IMG/VR virus record: IMGVR_UViG_3300050343_000122
Location: 32,001 to 96,000 of that record
Source: a virus
Strand: one strand, 5' to 3'
DNA: 64,000 nt
This document shows positions 1-10,027 of this stretch, piece by piece; the first letter of the stretch is position 1, and the number at the start of each line of letters is the position of its first letter. The notes under the pieces are model-generated. The model worked only from the letters and a program-made list of their open reading frames with translations. It had not been told where the DNA came from and made no database searches. Position numbers and translations under genes: made by a program.

Positions 1-1
1 T

Positions 2-3000
2 ACCATTTATGTATATAGTAAGATAGGATTGGTATACTGTAAACATTATACCAGCATTAAATACACCTGAACCCATAGAAGCCACTCTCTCAGAACTTTT
101 TAACGCATCTTCTTGAGCTTCTTTACTTAGAAGTTTGTACTTAGCATTGTCTTTAACTTCTACAAAGTGAGCCTTTCCTGCTCCAAACATTACACTTTCT
201 AACTTAAGTACGCTTCCTAAGAATGGTTGTCCAAAAGATGTGTCTGGTGAATTGAAGATTTGCTTATCTAGAATATCTTTTGCTTCTTCATAGTCAGCCC
301 CATCTAATGGTTTAATAGGTATATCTCTGTCACATTTTAAACAGGATCTTCTACTATGTCTTTTAGAGAATTCATTATTTTGTCCTCCAGAACCAGTATC
401 ATTTGCATTTTCAGCTGGAGTAAAAGTATCCCAAGCATTTACTGGAGTTGGAAATCCAGGTCCGCTATAAGCAGCACTCGAAGCAACACTATCATCAAAA
501 AGAGGAAGAGGATTAGTAGGTTGTCCAAATCCAGGACTTGGCCAAGGTTGTACATTGTCTGGATTTTCTTCTACTTTAACACATGTCTGACATGCTTTTG
601 ATTCCTGATCAGGATCCGGACATGGGTAATTAGGATCAAAGGTATTTGGAGGATATGATATTATGTCATAGTTTTCTTCTGGATTATCAGGATCTGGTTC
701 AGTACAAGGTCCTGGATAAATTTGAGTTAGAAAAATACGAGGATTTGAACAGCAACTACCAGAAGGTTCACGCCAAGTAGGTGCATAGGGGTGATTTCCT
801 TCATATCCATAACTTGCTCCAGCTGGTGCTCCTCCAGGACTTTCATCAAAATCAATTTGGTTTGTACCATAAACATCAAATTCAGGGTCAGCATTTGTAA
901 TCACATTAACTCTGTCAATACCGTCAATAATATCACCACCCCACCTCAGAGTAGCAGAACAATTTACTGTTCCATCAAAATTAAAATTGTTAAATGGATT
1001 TTGCCATTTTAATTCATATCTACTACAAGGGCCTTTATCACTAAAAGGTACAGGAAAAATCTGACAGTTGGAGCTATGGTCACCAATCCATACATCAAAG
1101 TCTCCAGGTCCTATTGTTATAACACCTTTCAGAGATACAGGTCTTGTTAAGGAACAAACTTCTAAAATACAATTAGGTGAAATAGTGGCTTGTGTTTGTT
1201 TACCATTTTCAATACTAGTATATACAAATACTCCATCTTCATCATTTACAGTTATATCTATACCATATGCAGTATACCAAGGTCCAAGAAAAAAATCTGT
1301 AGCCTTATCAGGCATATATAAAAGCCATGACTTAGATTTATAATTCCAAGCATTGTTATTCTCTTGTAGGAACGAGTCCTCTCCAGATACTTGATTATAT
1401 GGGTAGTTAGGGTAGTAGTATTCTTGATCATCTTTTGTATACTTGTTTAAATTTCTAAGAATACCTTTTGCTATTACTGATTTGTTTGTACCACGGTCCC
1501 CTCTTACTATTTTAAATGCTACAATATCATCTTTCTGTTCTTGAGTAAGATTAGAAGCTGTTATTAGTCCTGTTATTTGAGTATTGTTAATCTTAACTCC
1601 TATAGGATAGATAGCATCAGAGTCTTGCATCGTGGGTACAATACTAGTACCTTCATAAACAATCTGTGGATTTTCTACAATAGGACTTACTAATACATCT
1701 GGAAACTTATGATGTCGTATAGGTGTATCTGCAAGGCTTCCCCACAACTCAGTATTACATGGATACTTTTCAGTAGATTCCCAGTATGCAAAGTTTCCGT
1801 ATTCAAAAGGTCCTTTATAATTAGCTTCTCCATTATACTCAGGTGAAAATCCTAAGTTTGTAGCATTGTTATATATCTTCCAATAAGGACTATAACCAAT
1901 ACCACTTTCAAAGTAATCAGGTTCTCCAATAAAGTCATCATTGGTATTAGGAACATCCGGTTGAGGGTTTAGATTAAGTGGGCCTGGTATGTGAAATGAG
2001 TCTGTCTGTTTTCCATTTCGTAAAAGAAATACTATTTCAAATGCATACACTTCATCACGCATGTATCCACGATAATTAGTAGCATTCAATTCATCACTGT
2101 AGTCTTCTCCAGGTGGGAGTCTATGTGTTTCCCATTGTAATGTTATTTGACTAGCAATATTCTGATAATTAATTCTATCTACAGAAGCTAAGTCACTCCA
2201 TATCAGCGTGTCTTGTGCAGAAGTTATATCCTTGGCTACATCATAATATGGATACTTCTCAAAAATATCTGCAATAGATAATTGTATAGGATTTGCATCT
2301 GCACCAGTGTATGTAATTATCTGTTGATCTTCAGTAATGTTATATGTACCTACTAACTCTACAGAGGTTATATCATTAATAGTTTTTATTACTGCTAAAT
2401 TGAAGTAGTTATATTGTCCTGATAAGTCCAGGTTTGATACTCTTAGTTCTATTGATTTACCTACTGGATAGTTAAAGTTTACTGTTGTGTTTAACGGATC
2501 AGCAATAGGTGTAGGGTTAGTAACTGAATAGTAAGAAGTAAGATCGCTACCAGCTGCATCTGAATACTGTACAGCAAATTGATATGTTCCAGCAACCAGT
2601 GAGCCTACGTTTAGTATATCGTTTATTTCTAAAAAAGGTATGTCGAAATTAGGTTGTATCTTAAGTTGATTACAATCCAATTGATCAGTATATACAGGAT
2701 CACATCCAGGGTCTGAGTTAGGATCAATAACATATGGAATGTTATCTATATCTAAATATCTCCTAGCATTAAATCCATCTGTCCAGTATATCTCTGTACT
2801 GCAATTTGTTATTCTATGCACTACTTTATGTATAGGATAATCTATACTAAAGTTTAAACAAGGAGCATTTACTAATGTTTGATATTGACAATCATTATTA
2901 AACATGAAGCCAATTTCACTATCACCAGTTAAAGGATCTGTTAGAAAGAATATGTTTTTCTTTTTCTCTGGAATTGTATATTTTCCAATGAGTTCGTACC

Positions 3001-3259
3001 CATCAGGAAAACTTAAACAAGGCTCATTACCAGGTTCATTTTGATAGTTGACTGAACTAGAATCAAAGTTCTCTATAGTAGCATTCAATGCATAGGTAAG
3101 ACTTCCTGTCTTTACTTGATTGATGGTGCTATCCATGTTAAGACCAGTAGTAGCTTGATTATATTCAAGTCTAACTTGGCCTTTCTGAGCTTTGTCATCT
3201 TTTTTAGCAGCAGCAGCTTTTTTAGCTTTTGCGTCTTCCATTTCTTTTCTAGTAGCCAT
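2..3259 (-). CDS. Tail muzzle / tail stabilization protein (crAss-like Tstab), 3' end truncated by window edge
   Basis: Not in ORF track because it has no stop in the window. Manual translation from ATG 3259 (MATRKEMEDAK...GLNMD...YALNA..ENFD...NEPGNE) matches the frame at position 2. Follows ring and IHF-like genes as in crAss synteny. Confidence 0.75.
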   Translation of the reverse strand, partial: MATRKEMEDAKAKKAAAAKKDDKAQKGQVRLEYNQATTGLNMDSTINQVKTGSLTYALNATIENFDSSSVNYQNEPGNEPCLSFPDGYELIGKYTIPEKKKNIFFLTDPLTGDSEIGFMFNNDCQYQTLVNAPCLNFSIDYPIHKVVHRITNCSTEIYWTDGFNARRYLDIDNIPYVIDPNSDPGCDPVYTDQLDCNQLKIQPNFDIPFLEINDILNVGSLVAGTYQFAVQYSDAAGSDLTSYYSVTNPTPIADPLNTTVNFNYPVGKSIELRVSNLDLSGQYNYFNLAVIKTINDITSVELVGTYNITEDQQIITYTGADANPIQLSIADIFEKYPYYDVAKDITSAQDTLIWSDLASVDRINYQNIASQITLQWETHRLPPGEDYSDELNATNYRGYMRDEVYAFEIVFLLRNGKQTDSFHIPGPLNLNPQPDVPNTNDDFIGEPDYFESGIGYSPYWKIYNNATNLGFSPEYNGEANYKGPFEYGNFAYWESTEKYPCNTELWGSLADTPIRHHKFPDVLVSPIVENPQIVYEGTSIVPTMQDSDAIYPIGVKINNTQITGLITASNLTQEQKDDIVAFKIVRGDRGTNKSVIAKGILRNLNKYTKDDQEYYYPNYPYNQVSGEDSFLQENNNAWNYKSKSWLLYMPDKATDFFLGPWYTAYGIDITVNDEDGVFVYTSIENGKQTQATISPNCILEVCSLTRPVSLKGVITIGPGDFDVWIGDHSSNCQIFPVPFSDKGPCSRYELKWQNPFNNFNFDGTVNCSATLRWGGDIIDGIDRVNVITNADPEFDVYGTNQIDFDESPGGAPAGASYGYEGNHPYAPTWREPSGSCCSNPRIFLTQIYPGPCTEPDPDNPEENYDIISYPPNTFDPNYPCPDPDQESKACQTCVKVEENPDNVQPWPSPGFGQPTNPLPLFDDSVASSAAYSGPGFPTPVNAWDTFTPAENANDTGSGGQNNEFSKRHSRRSCLKCDRDIPIKPLDGADYEEAKDILDKQIFNSPDTSFGQPFLGSVLKLESVMFGAGKAHFVEVKDNAKYKLLSKEAQEDALKSSERVASMGSGVFNAGIMFTVYQSYLTIYING

Positions 3260-3269
3260 ATGCTATTTG

Positions 3270-4286
3270 TTAACTCCTACCGTTACCTCTCCACAAACCA
3301 TATCCATATCTGTTTGAATATCTTCCTGACACTTGAGATTTTGCATCAGGTAATTCATACATATTATTACGATTGAGATCAGTAATAACTCTTCTTTGTT
3401 TTTGATATACTGTTTCTTTCTTAAGTTCTGTTTCTGCCATAATCCAAGACTCATCAGACATTTGTTTATAATAAACTAGTTTTTGTTGTAGCTGATTAAA
3501 TGTTTCATCATTTGTCTGATTTGTTAGAGTTTCAAATACCTTAAACTTAATAAACGATTCTATATATTCTCTTACACGATAATTATCTGGAATCAATTGA
3601 TTTCCTATCTTGTCATAGTCTGTAGAATAGAATACTAAATGAACTACTCCTTTTCTAAAGTTAGTAACAAACTTATTGTCTCTTACATCAAAAGAATCGT
3701 AAGAAGAAGATCCTGGAGTGAACTCACGTCCTGATAAAGCTAACTGATTGTATTGGTCCCAAGAATCTGTATATGCTAAATTACAGCTCTTTCTAGCTGA
3801 GATGTTACCTGGTTTAAGTAGGTATGTTCTTCTATATGCTCTAGGTATTTCACTGTTTGTTTTATATACAGCTTGTACTATCTCAGGCATACATGTCCCA
3901 TCGCAACTAGGATGTTGACAATCAGGATTATTACAGGGAGTACCACCAATAGTTAAAGGAGCAATTTGAATAGTTGTAGCATTTGCAGCCTGACTATAAA
4001 AAGAAGATGCTGCAGGATAAGGGTTTCCTGGAATAACTGCACACATCCAAGCTTCTCTCACAGCATGAAAGTTGTCTGGTAACCTTGCTTCAAAGTCTTC
4101 TATAAATAGAGCCTCTGTAGTAATCTTATATGTTGTTCTTCCCATTTTCCTAAGACACTTATCTAAGTATGTAGGAAATAGTAAATCATCTACAGCACCA
4201 GTATCGAAGTAACTTTTAAGCTCTTCTTTTACTGTAGCGTATAGTGGTTCTGGGGATACAAAATCGTATTTATAATAGTATGACAT
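3270..4286 (-). CDS. Tail ring / tail tubular protein (crAss-like Ttub)
   Basis: 338 aa directly upstream of the muzzle gene. C-terminal G..LIPD...EYIE.FIK pattern is typical of crAss ring proteins. Confidence 0.6.
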   Translation of the reverse strand: MSYYYKYDFVSPEPLYATVKEELKSYFDTGAVDDLLFPTYLDKCLRKMGRTTYKITTEALFIEDFEARLPDNFHAVREAWMCAVIPGNPYPAASSFYSQAANATTIQIAPLTIGGTPCNNPDCQHPSCDGTCMPEIVQAVYKTNSEIPRAYRRTYLLKPGNISARKSCNLAYTDSWDQYNQLALSGREFTPGSSSYDSFDVRDNKFVTNFRKGVVHLVFYSTDYDKIGNQLIPDNYRVREYIESFIKFKVFETLTNQTNDETFNQLQQKLVYYKQMSDESWIMAETELKKETVYQKQRRVITDLNRNNMYELPDAKSQVSGRYSNRYGYGLWRGNGRS

Positions 4287-4289
4287 AAC

Positions 4290-4769
4290 TTATTTTTTCC
4301 ATTCGTGATAGGTCTGTTGATATTTAGGATCTGCTTTTATATAATGAGAAAGGTCTCTGGAAGTTCTTCTAGATGGTTTAAAATACCATAAGTCTGAGTT
4401 TCTAAATCTTGCTGTAGATTTAAACCACATCCAACCAAAAAAATAACCTTCTGTATGATAGTTAAAGTTATATACAACTTTTCCTTTCTTTCGTGTCTTC
4501 TGCCAATCAATAGGAAGATTTACAAACTCCTTTCCATTGATGTCTTTAGTTTTTCTTCTTTTCTTCTTATTAATCGAAAACTCTCCAAAACCAGTTGGAA
4601 GCTTTTCTTTCTCTCCTGTTTCTAAAATATAGTGTTTGAATGACTCATTGAAACCATACAGGATATTTCTCCACTCATCAAAAGTTAGAGATATTAAAGG
4701 GTGCTTCTTACAGAAGTCCTCGTAATTCTTTTTACTTGCACTTCGCCAGTCAACTGCTACTCTTGACAT
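4290..4769 (-). CDS. IHF/HU-like DNA-binding protein (crAss conserved)
   Basis: KLPTGFGEFSI and IDWQKT motifs; lies between two ring genes. Start moved to MSRVAV (4769). Confidence 0.6.
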   Translation of the reverse strand: MSRVAVDWRSASKKNYEDFCKKHPLISLTFDEWRNILYGFNESFKHYILETGEKEKLPTGFGEFSINKKKRRKTKDINGKEFVNLPIDWQKTRKKGKVVYNFNYHTEGYFFGWMWFKSTARFRNSDLWYFKPSRRTSRDLSHYIKADPKYQQTYHEWKK

Positions 4770-4779
4770 ATATAATTTA

Positions 4780-5508
4780 TTACTGAGTTGGTTGGGCATT
4801 TGGAGCTTGTCCATCTATGCCTTCGTTACTCATGTCGGTTTTAATTTGGAAGTATGTAGCTAAGAGTTTTTGTGATACTAATCCTAAAGCTGAAGACTCT
4901 AAATAACCTGGTAGAGCATACTCTTTATCCAAAGGGTTTTTACAATATTCTTCATCTGTAACATCCACACCACCACAATCACAATCTGGATACATAATTT
5001 CACTAGGTACATCTTCTTCAAAAAATGCAGATAGTCTGATTGCTTTTAGTAAAGGATTGTTTACATATAAGTATCCATTAGATATCCAGAAGTAATAATC
5101 ATTTTTTACTATTGGTAGTTTCAATAAATTCAAATATCTATTTATAGTTATCTCCTTTAATTTAGTTCCTCTTCCTCCCATAGCATCTACAGAATATACA
5201 CCCTGTATTACATATTGGTAGTTACCTTCCGATATTCTAGGTAGTTTATGTGCAGTTCTGGATACATTACACTCGTCTGCATACTCACAACATTCTGAGA
5301 TGGGAACTTCTTTCATCTCTAGACAAGGAATAGTGGTATATAATGTATCACTAGCCCATAGTTTTCTTAAATTGGTTTCTCTTTTTATCAACATTTGAGA
5401 TGTGTTTCTTATCTCAGAAGCAATAACTCTATCCGTTATCAAAGCATCTGTTGATAAAATCTTATGTGTACCTCTCACATCCGAAACCAATTTTCTTAAT
5501 GTTGCCAT
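4780..5508 (-). CDS. Tail ring protein
   Basis: 242 aa with YFWISNGYLYV...FEED and CKNPLD.EY.LP patterns; synteny with crAss ring/IHF/ring/muzzle block. Confidence 0.55.
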   Translation of the reverse strand: MATLRKLVSDVRGTHKILSTDALITDRVIASEIRNTSQMLIKRETNLRKLWASDTLYTTIPCLEMKEVPISECCEYADECNVSRTAHKLPRISEGNYQYVIQGVYSVDAMGGRGTKLKEITINRYLNLLKLPIVKNDYYFWISNGYLYVNNPLLKAIRLSAFFEEDVPSEIMYPDCDCGGVDVTDEEYCKNPLDKEYALPGYLESSALGLVSQKLLATYFQIKTDMSNEGIDGQAPNAQPTQ

Positions 5509-5512
5509 TGTT

Positions 5513-5653
5513 TTATTTTTTATAATTACCGAAGCCTTTTATTCCTCCCTCTTGGTCAGCCTCTCTCATATAATTCTTTTTCATATTATAAGGACGCACC
5601 TTGGGAGCTTTTACATTCTTGCCTGGTGTAGGCTTTCCATACTTTGTTGCCAT
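5513..5653 (-). CDS. Small basic protein, 46 aa (MATKYGKPTPGKNVKAPKVRPYNMKK...)
   Basis: Manual translation; fills the gap between 5656 and 5508 exactly. Confidence 0.6.
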   Translation of the reverse strand: MATKYGKPTPGKNVKAPKVRPYNMKKNYMREADQEGGIKGFGNYKK

Positions 5654-5655
5654 AA

Positions 5656-6897
5656 TTATATTCTTTCTTCAAATTCAGCAACCTTGCCAACTTTACTATC
5701 GTAAACTAAAGCTAAGGCAGCTCGTACACTATGTACAAAATTATTATCTTTATGCCACCTATCTGTTCCAGATAAACTAGGCATTTGTTGTATCCTAACT
5801 CCTTTTATCTCTTTGGCCATATAGTGATGTTTATCACCTGTATGAACTTCTCTATATGTAGCATCACCAAACCACTTACTATATTTTGGATGCGTTGCAA
5901 ACAATAATGGTAATGCATCAATTTTACAATTACCATGATGGAAGCCAATGAACGTATTACCTACTACAGTAGCTTTTACTAAACCTTCTTCTCTTACAAA
6001 AGATATATTCTTATCTTCCTTAAAATATATGTCTAACGCATGAGCTAAGTAATATGATTTAGTTCTATCGTGATTACCTTGTACTAAAATAACCTCAACA
6101 TGTTTAGAATTAGTCTTTAACATTTTAATAGTATCTACTAAAAGATCAAATCCCATCTCGTACTCTGACGCATAATCTAATATTATATCTTGAGGAGTAC
6201 CATTAGTTGTAGTGTTCTGATAATTATCTGTATGAAAGAAATCATTAGATATAGGAAACACTACTTTATTTATATTGTAAATAGATCTAACTTTATGAGT
6301 TAAAGCTTCTGCTATTTTCACAAATCTATTAGCTCTAGTTTGTGGATCATTATCTCCATCAACATATCTTTTAGCTAAGTGATAATCTGATAAAGATAAC
6401 TCAATATCTACCAGAGGTTTCAGCTCCATCTGAGGAGCAGGAATAGGAATGTAGTTTGACTTATAGTTCTCTAGGAACTTGCTGAAGTCATCAGCTGTAT
6501 AATCTTTTGGACCTTTTCTTTTAGAAAAGATTGAAGATGTAAACTTCCCAGTGGGAAGAACCTTAGACCAATAGTTAGTAATTATATACTTTTCTAGATC
6601 TATCTTGTGTAATTGTGCTAACTCTATATCACTTTTTGGTTCGAAGTCTAGAGTTATTGTACTTTCAATTGTGCCCTGTTCATTGCTAACTTTTCTTACT
6701 GCTTCCTCAATCTGTTTACTATTTGTTGCCCCATCTAGAAATTTATTACTGTCGTCATATTTCTTTCCTTTTAGTTCCTTTTTCAGCTCTTTTACTTCAT
6801 TAACTGTAACGTTTAGCTTTTCTGCATACCACTCTTCACTTCTTTTTCTTGTTAACAACTCTTTAAGTTGATTAAGAAGACTCTGATTCTCAGACAT
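5656..6897 (-). CDS. Calcineurin-like metallophosphoesterase with N-terminal HTH-like region
   Basis: Metal motifs LSDYH, NDFFH, GNHD, HHG, HTGDKHH. Confidence 0.75.
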   Translation of the reverse strand: MSENQSLLNQLKELLTRKRSEEWYAEKLNVTVNEVKELKKELKGKKYDDSNKFLDGATNSKQIEEAVRKVSNEQGTIESTITLDFEPKSDIELAQLHKIDLEKYIITNYWSKVLPTGKFTSSIFSKRKGPKDYTADDFSKFLENYKSNYIPIPAPQMELKPLVDIELSLSDYHLAKRYVDGDNDPQTRANRFVKIAEALTHKVRSIYNINKVVFPISNDFFHTDNYQNTTTNGTPQDIILDYASEYEMGFDLLVDTIKMLKTNSKHVEVILVQGNHDRTKSYYLAHALDIYFKEDKNISFVREEGLVKATVVGNTFIGFHHGNCKIDALPLLFATHPKYSKWFGDATYREVHTGDKHHYMAKEIKGVRIQQMPSLSGTDRWHKDNNFVHSVRAALALVYDSKVGKVAEFEERI

Positions 6898-6925
6898 ATG
6901 TATCGTATTTAATTAGAAAATATCT

Positions 6926-6933
6926 CAAAGATA
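6926..6933 (-). promoter_or_regulatory. Bacteroidota sigma-A -7 element (TATCTTTG) upstream of the phosphoesterase
   Basis: Matches TAnnTTTG about 30 nt upstream of ATG, just downstream of a terminator. Confidence 0.65.
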
Positions 6934-7005
6934 GATAAATTATTTAACTTAACATAAAAAACTTAACCATGAGAGTTATTCTTTATAACTAATTTGGTTA
7001 TATAT

Positions 7006-7037
7006 AAAACTCCCTAGGGGCGTTTTGCCCCTGGGAG
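7006..7037 (-). terminator. Intrinsic terminator
   Basis: CTCCCAGGGGC-AAAAC-GCCCCTAGGGAG followed by TTTT on minus strand. Confidence 0.7.
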
Positions 7038-7073
7038 AAGTTCTCTAAAACCAACAAAAGAGAACTTTTTATT

Positions 7074-7739
7074 CTATCTCACATCACTTCCACAACATTC
7101 GTCATAGATCCATGAAAACTCAAAGTCATCTCCAGACGATCCTACCCACTGAAGATCTTCAATAAAACATGGGTTTACTAATGTATTCCCTGATATCTCG
7201 TAGTTGCGTATTGATAATGTACCTTGATTACCGTTTCCATTATTTTGTGTGTTTATCATTTGTACAGTGTTTCTTAGAGTTATTATATCTGGATCAAAAA
7301 AGAACAACTGCATGTTGCTCAAGGGACAAAGAAAGTCTGGTTCAGTTATCACTAACGGTGTATTGCTAGCAACAAATATCGATCCCACTTGAGCATTTTG
7401 ATTTAGATCTAAATTCCCTATTAAGCTCCCATTTAGAAATACATCAAAATTGTCATCTCTTTCTGAGTTCTCATTACAAACCTGAAAGACAGTGACAGTA
7501 TTTGGACAATTTGGAGGTGCGTCTATTTCTCTATCTAGATAAGTATCACAGTCAGGACTAGTAGATATAATTCTAACTACAGCAGTTCCAAAAGGAACGT
7601 TATATGAAACAAATCCTGCAAGTAGTTGATTGCTTGTTACATCTACTTCAAAAGCTTCAGTAAAACCATCAACCTGAGAAAACAAGTTAAAAGGTCCAGC
7701 ATCTGCTCCTATGTTACTAGCTTGTATTAGTATTGCCAT
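7074..7739 (-). CDS. Putative virion decoration protein: shared N-terminal GPFxLxS module + C-terminal beta domain
   Basis: N-terminus ...GADAGPFNLFSQVDGFTEAFE...VRI..C is paralogous to four neighbours. Confidence 0.55.
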   Translation of the reverse strand: MAILIQASNIGADAGPFNLFSQVDGFTEAFEVDVTSNQLLAGFVSYNVPFGTAVVRIISTSPDCDTYLDREIDAPPNCPNTVTVFQVCNENSERDDNFDVFLNGSLIGNLDLNQNAQVGSIFVASNTPLVITEPDFLCPLSNMQLFFFDPDIITLRNTVQMINTQNNGNGNQGTLSIRNYEISGNTLVNPCFIEDLQWVGSSGDDFEFSWIYDECCGSDVR

Positions 7740-7753
7740 TTTATATTTTTATT

Positions 7754-8293
7754 TTATTGACAAAGAGTAGTACAACATAAAACTTCATATCCATTTAAAG
7801 CTATCTGTATTGCTGCTACACTTGTGTCAGTTGCACTCGGTCCTATTTTATACCATCCTGCATCCAATTCTAATAGACTTGCTGTTGCTGGGTTTGGATC
7901 ATCATATAAAAAAGACCCAACAGATGGAACATAATTAAAAGTATCACCATTGTGCCAGTACTCAGTTACCGGTAATATAGATGCATCTGAACATGCATCT
8001 GTAGCATTATTGTGAGGTGCTGGAGCATCAAAAAGTCCAAATCCAGATGTATATTGTGAGACAATTGATGCGTCAACATAATTATCACAGTCAGCATTGT
8101 TATTTTTTATTCTCACAATGGTAGTTCCACTAGGAACAAGACTTGTAGATATGTTATAACCTAGTGCACTTGTTAGAATAGTTATAGAAACGTTCGTAGC
8201 AAAGGGTGTTGTATAAAGATCTGCATTTGAATATAGATCAACTGGTCCTGAGCAACTGCCTGCGGATTCTAGTTTTATTGTTAGTGTTGCCAT
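7754..8293 (-). CDS. Putative virion decoration protein: shared N-terminal module + Cys-flanked C-terminal domain
   Basis: GPVDLYSNAD.YTTPF...VRI..C. C-terminal domain resembles that of 8308-9450. Confidence 0.55.
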   Translation of the reverse strand: MATLTIKLESAGSCSGPVDLYSNADLYTTPFATNVSITILTSALGYNISTSLVPSGTTIVRIKNNNADCDNYVDASIVSQYTSGFGLFDAPAPHNNATDACSDASILPVTEYWHNGDTFNYVPSVGSFLYDDPNPATASLLELDAGWYKIGPSATDTSVAAIQIALNGYEVLCCTTLCQ

Positions 8294-8307
8294 TTTATAA
8301 TTTTATT

Positions 8308-9450
8308 TTATGGATCTGGACAATCCTCAATGTTAGTAATACGTCCATTTGTATCAATTTTTATAAGCCAAGTTCCTGGATCAGCTGTAGATATAGACAT
8401 TTGAAACTTGTACCATTTGTTGTCTCCGTTAAATGTTTGAAGTGCTGGAAATATTACATCATATGTAAAATCATTTATTTGTGGTTCAGCAAGTGATCCA
8501 TTTTTCCATAGGAATGCAGCAAGGTCAGCATTACATAAACCAATATTTAGATTTGAACTACTAGTTATTGATCTTATACCAGCTGCAAGAGATGCACTAG
8601 GTGTTGTACTAGTAGTTGTCGTAATTGGAGTTTTAGTTGTTGTAGTACCAGTAAGTGTTACGGTAGGATTATTTAAGGAACAATCACATGTAGTAGTAGT
8701 TGTTGTTGTTGAAGAAGAGCTGGTACTAGTTGTAGTGCTAGTAGAACTAGTAGAACTAGTAGTTGTTGTTGTAACTTCTTTATAAGTATCAGCTATAAAG
8801 GAGAAGTCTACATCAACTCCTGCTCCAGTATAATTAGGACTTAGGGCACTTACAAAACTATCAGTACAGAAAGTACACACATCCTGTCCTTGATATAGTA
8901 TTCCGTCTTTTTGAATTGTATTGATAAAATTGTAAACTCCGACTCTGTTACTATCTATTGTAGCAGAAACTACATCTCCTGGTAAGATTTGAATAGTTCC
9001 ACTTTGTGAAGATGCATTACCTGTAATAGTTGCATCTACAACATTAGTTCCATTAACATCTATTTTTAAGTTACTGCTCTGTGGATCTGCCGCAATTAGA
9101 GAACTTGGAGTGTTTGTTATCAACTCCCAATTAAATCTATTAGGTGGTTGATCTGTTGTAGTGGTTGATGTTGATGTTGAAGTACTTGTAGTAGTTGATG
9201 TACTAGAACTACTTGTTGTAGTTGTTGTAGGACAATTAGTTGGTAGGTCAATACAATTATCACATGTACCAACAGAGCAGACTCTTATAATAGTTGCTCC
9301 TGTAGGAAGTTCAATAACATATCCATTAGTTAAAGTTAAAGCAGGAACTTGTGTTTGAAATGGATTAGTATATCCATCTGCATCTGAGTATAAATCAAAA
9401 GGTCCAGCAGAGCCTCCTGGGGGTATGGTTATGTTTATTTGTATCAACAT
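8308..9450 (-). CDS. Putative virion decoration protein: shared module, Thr/Ser linkers, Ig-like domain, C-terminal domain
   Basis: GPFDLYSDADGYTNPF; three Thr/Ser-rich tracts. Confidence 0.55.
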   Translation of the reverse strand: MLIQINITIPPGGSAGPFDLYSDADGYTNPFQTQVPALTLTNGYVIELPTGATIIRVCSVGTCDNCIDLPTNCPTTTTTSSSSTSTTTSTSTSTSTTTTDQPPNRFNWELITNTPSSLIAADPQSSNLKIDVNGTNVVDATITGNASSQSGTIQILPGDVVSATIDSNRVGVYNFINTIQKDGILYQGQDVCTFCTDSFVSALSPNYTGAGVDVDFSFIADTYKEVTTTTTSSTSSTSTTTSTSSSSTTTTTTTCDCSLNNPTVTLTGTTTTKTPITTTTSTTPSASLAAGIRSITSSSNLNIGLCNADLAAFLWKNGSLAEPQINDFTYDVIFPALQTFNGDNKWYKFQMSISTADPGTWLIKIDTNGRITNIEDCPDP

Positions 9451-9453
9451 ATC

Positions 9454-9705
9454 TTATGGTGTTGGTGTTGTTGTGGTAGTTGTAGTTTGTTCTAATACAA
9501 TATCAAAACTATTTTCACATAATGAATCTGACGTTACTCTTATTATAGTAGTAAAATCAGGAACTACAGTACTAGTATAGCCAGCTAATAAATTAACTTT
9601 AGTTACACCAGTTTCAAAAGCAGCAGTGAACCCATCTACATCTGAGAACAGATCGAAGGGTCCAGTATTGTTTCCTGCAGTTGTTAGTTTAATAAATGCT
9701 TCCAT
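9454..9705 (-). CDS. Stand-alone shared module with poly-Thr tail
   Basis: MEAFIKLTTAGNNTGPFDLFSDVDGF...TTTTTTTPTP; start moved to 9705. Confidence 0.6.
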   Translation of the reverse strand: MEAFIKLTTAGNNTGPFDLFSDVDGFTAAFETGVTKVNLLAGYTSTVVPDFTTIIRVTSDSLCENSFDIVLEQTTTTTTTPTP

Positions 9706-10016
9706 TATGATCCGCAACAAGTATTTAGTGTGTTATTTATATTTATAACTTGCTCTTTTATAGCAGAAATATCTGATGTATTAGTTGCTTGTTGAGTCTT
9801 CAATATACAAAGAAGTTCGTCAATTTTAGACAAAGCAACGTTTAAATCATCACAAGGTTCTACATTAGAACAAGGTAATATTGGTCCATTGTATGTAATA
9901 GATTTTGAATAATGTATTCCAGTTTGACATGGATCATTACTTACAGAAGTAGAACAACCACAAGTAGTGTTCACTGCTATATTTGTACAACAAGGATTAG
10001 TGGGTAAGTATGCCAT
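9705..10016 (-). CDS. Cys-rich small structural protein with coiled coil
   Basis: ITYNGPILPC motif resembles the VKYTG.D.P motif of the upstream gene; heptad-like C-terminus. Confidence 0.5.
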   Translation of the reverse strand: MAYLPTNPCCTNIAVNTTCGCSTSVSNDPCQTGIHYSKSITYNGPILPCSNVEPCDDLNVALSKIDELLCILKTQQATNTSDISAIKEQVININNTLNTCCGS

Positions 10017-10027
10017 TGTTTTTAGTA

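Noticed and set aside
356-1343. Plus-strand ORFs 356, 791, 1068 and 3116
   Set aside because: Antisense to the open muzzle reading frame (2-3259, minus strand).
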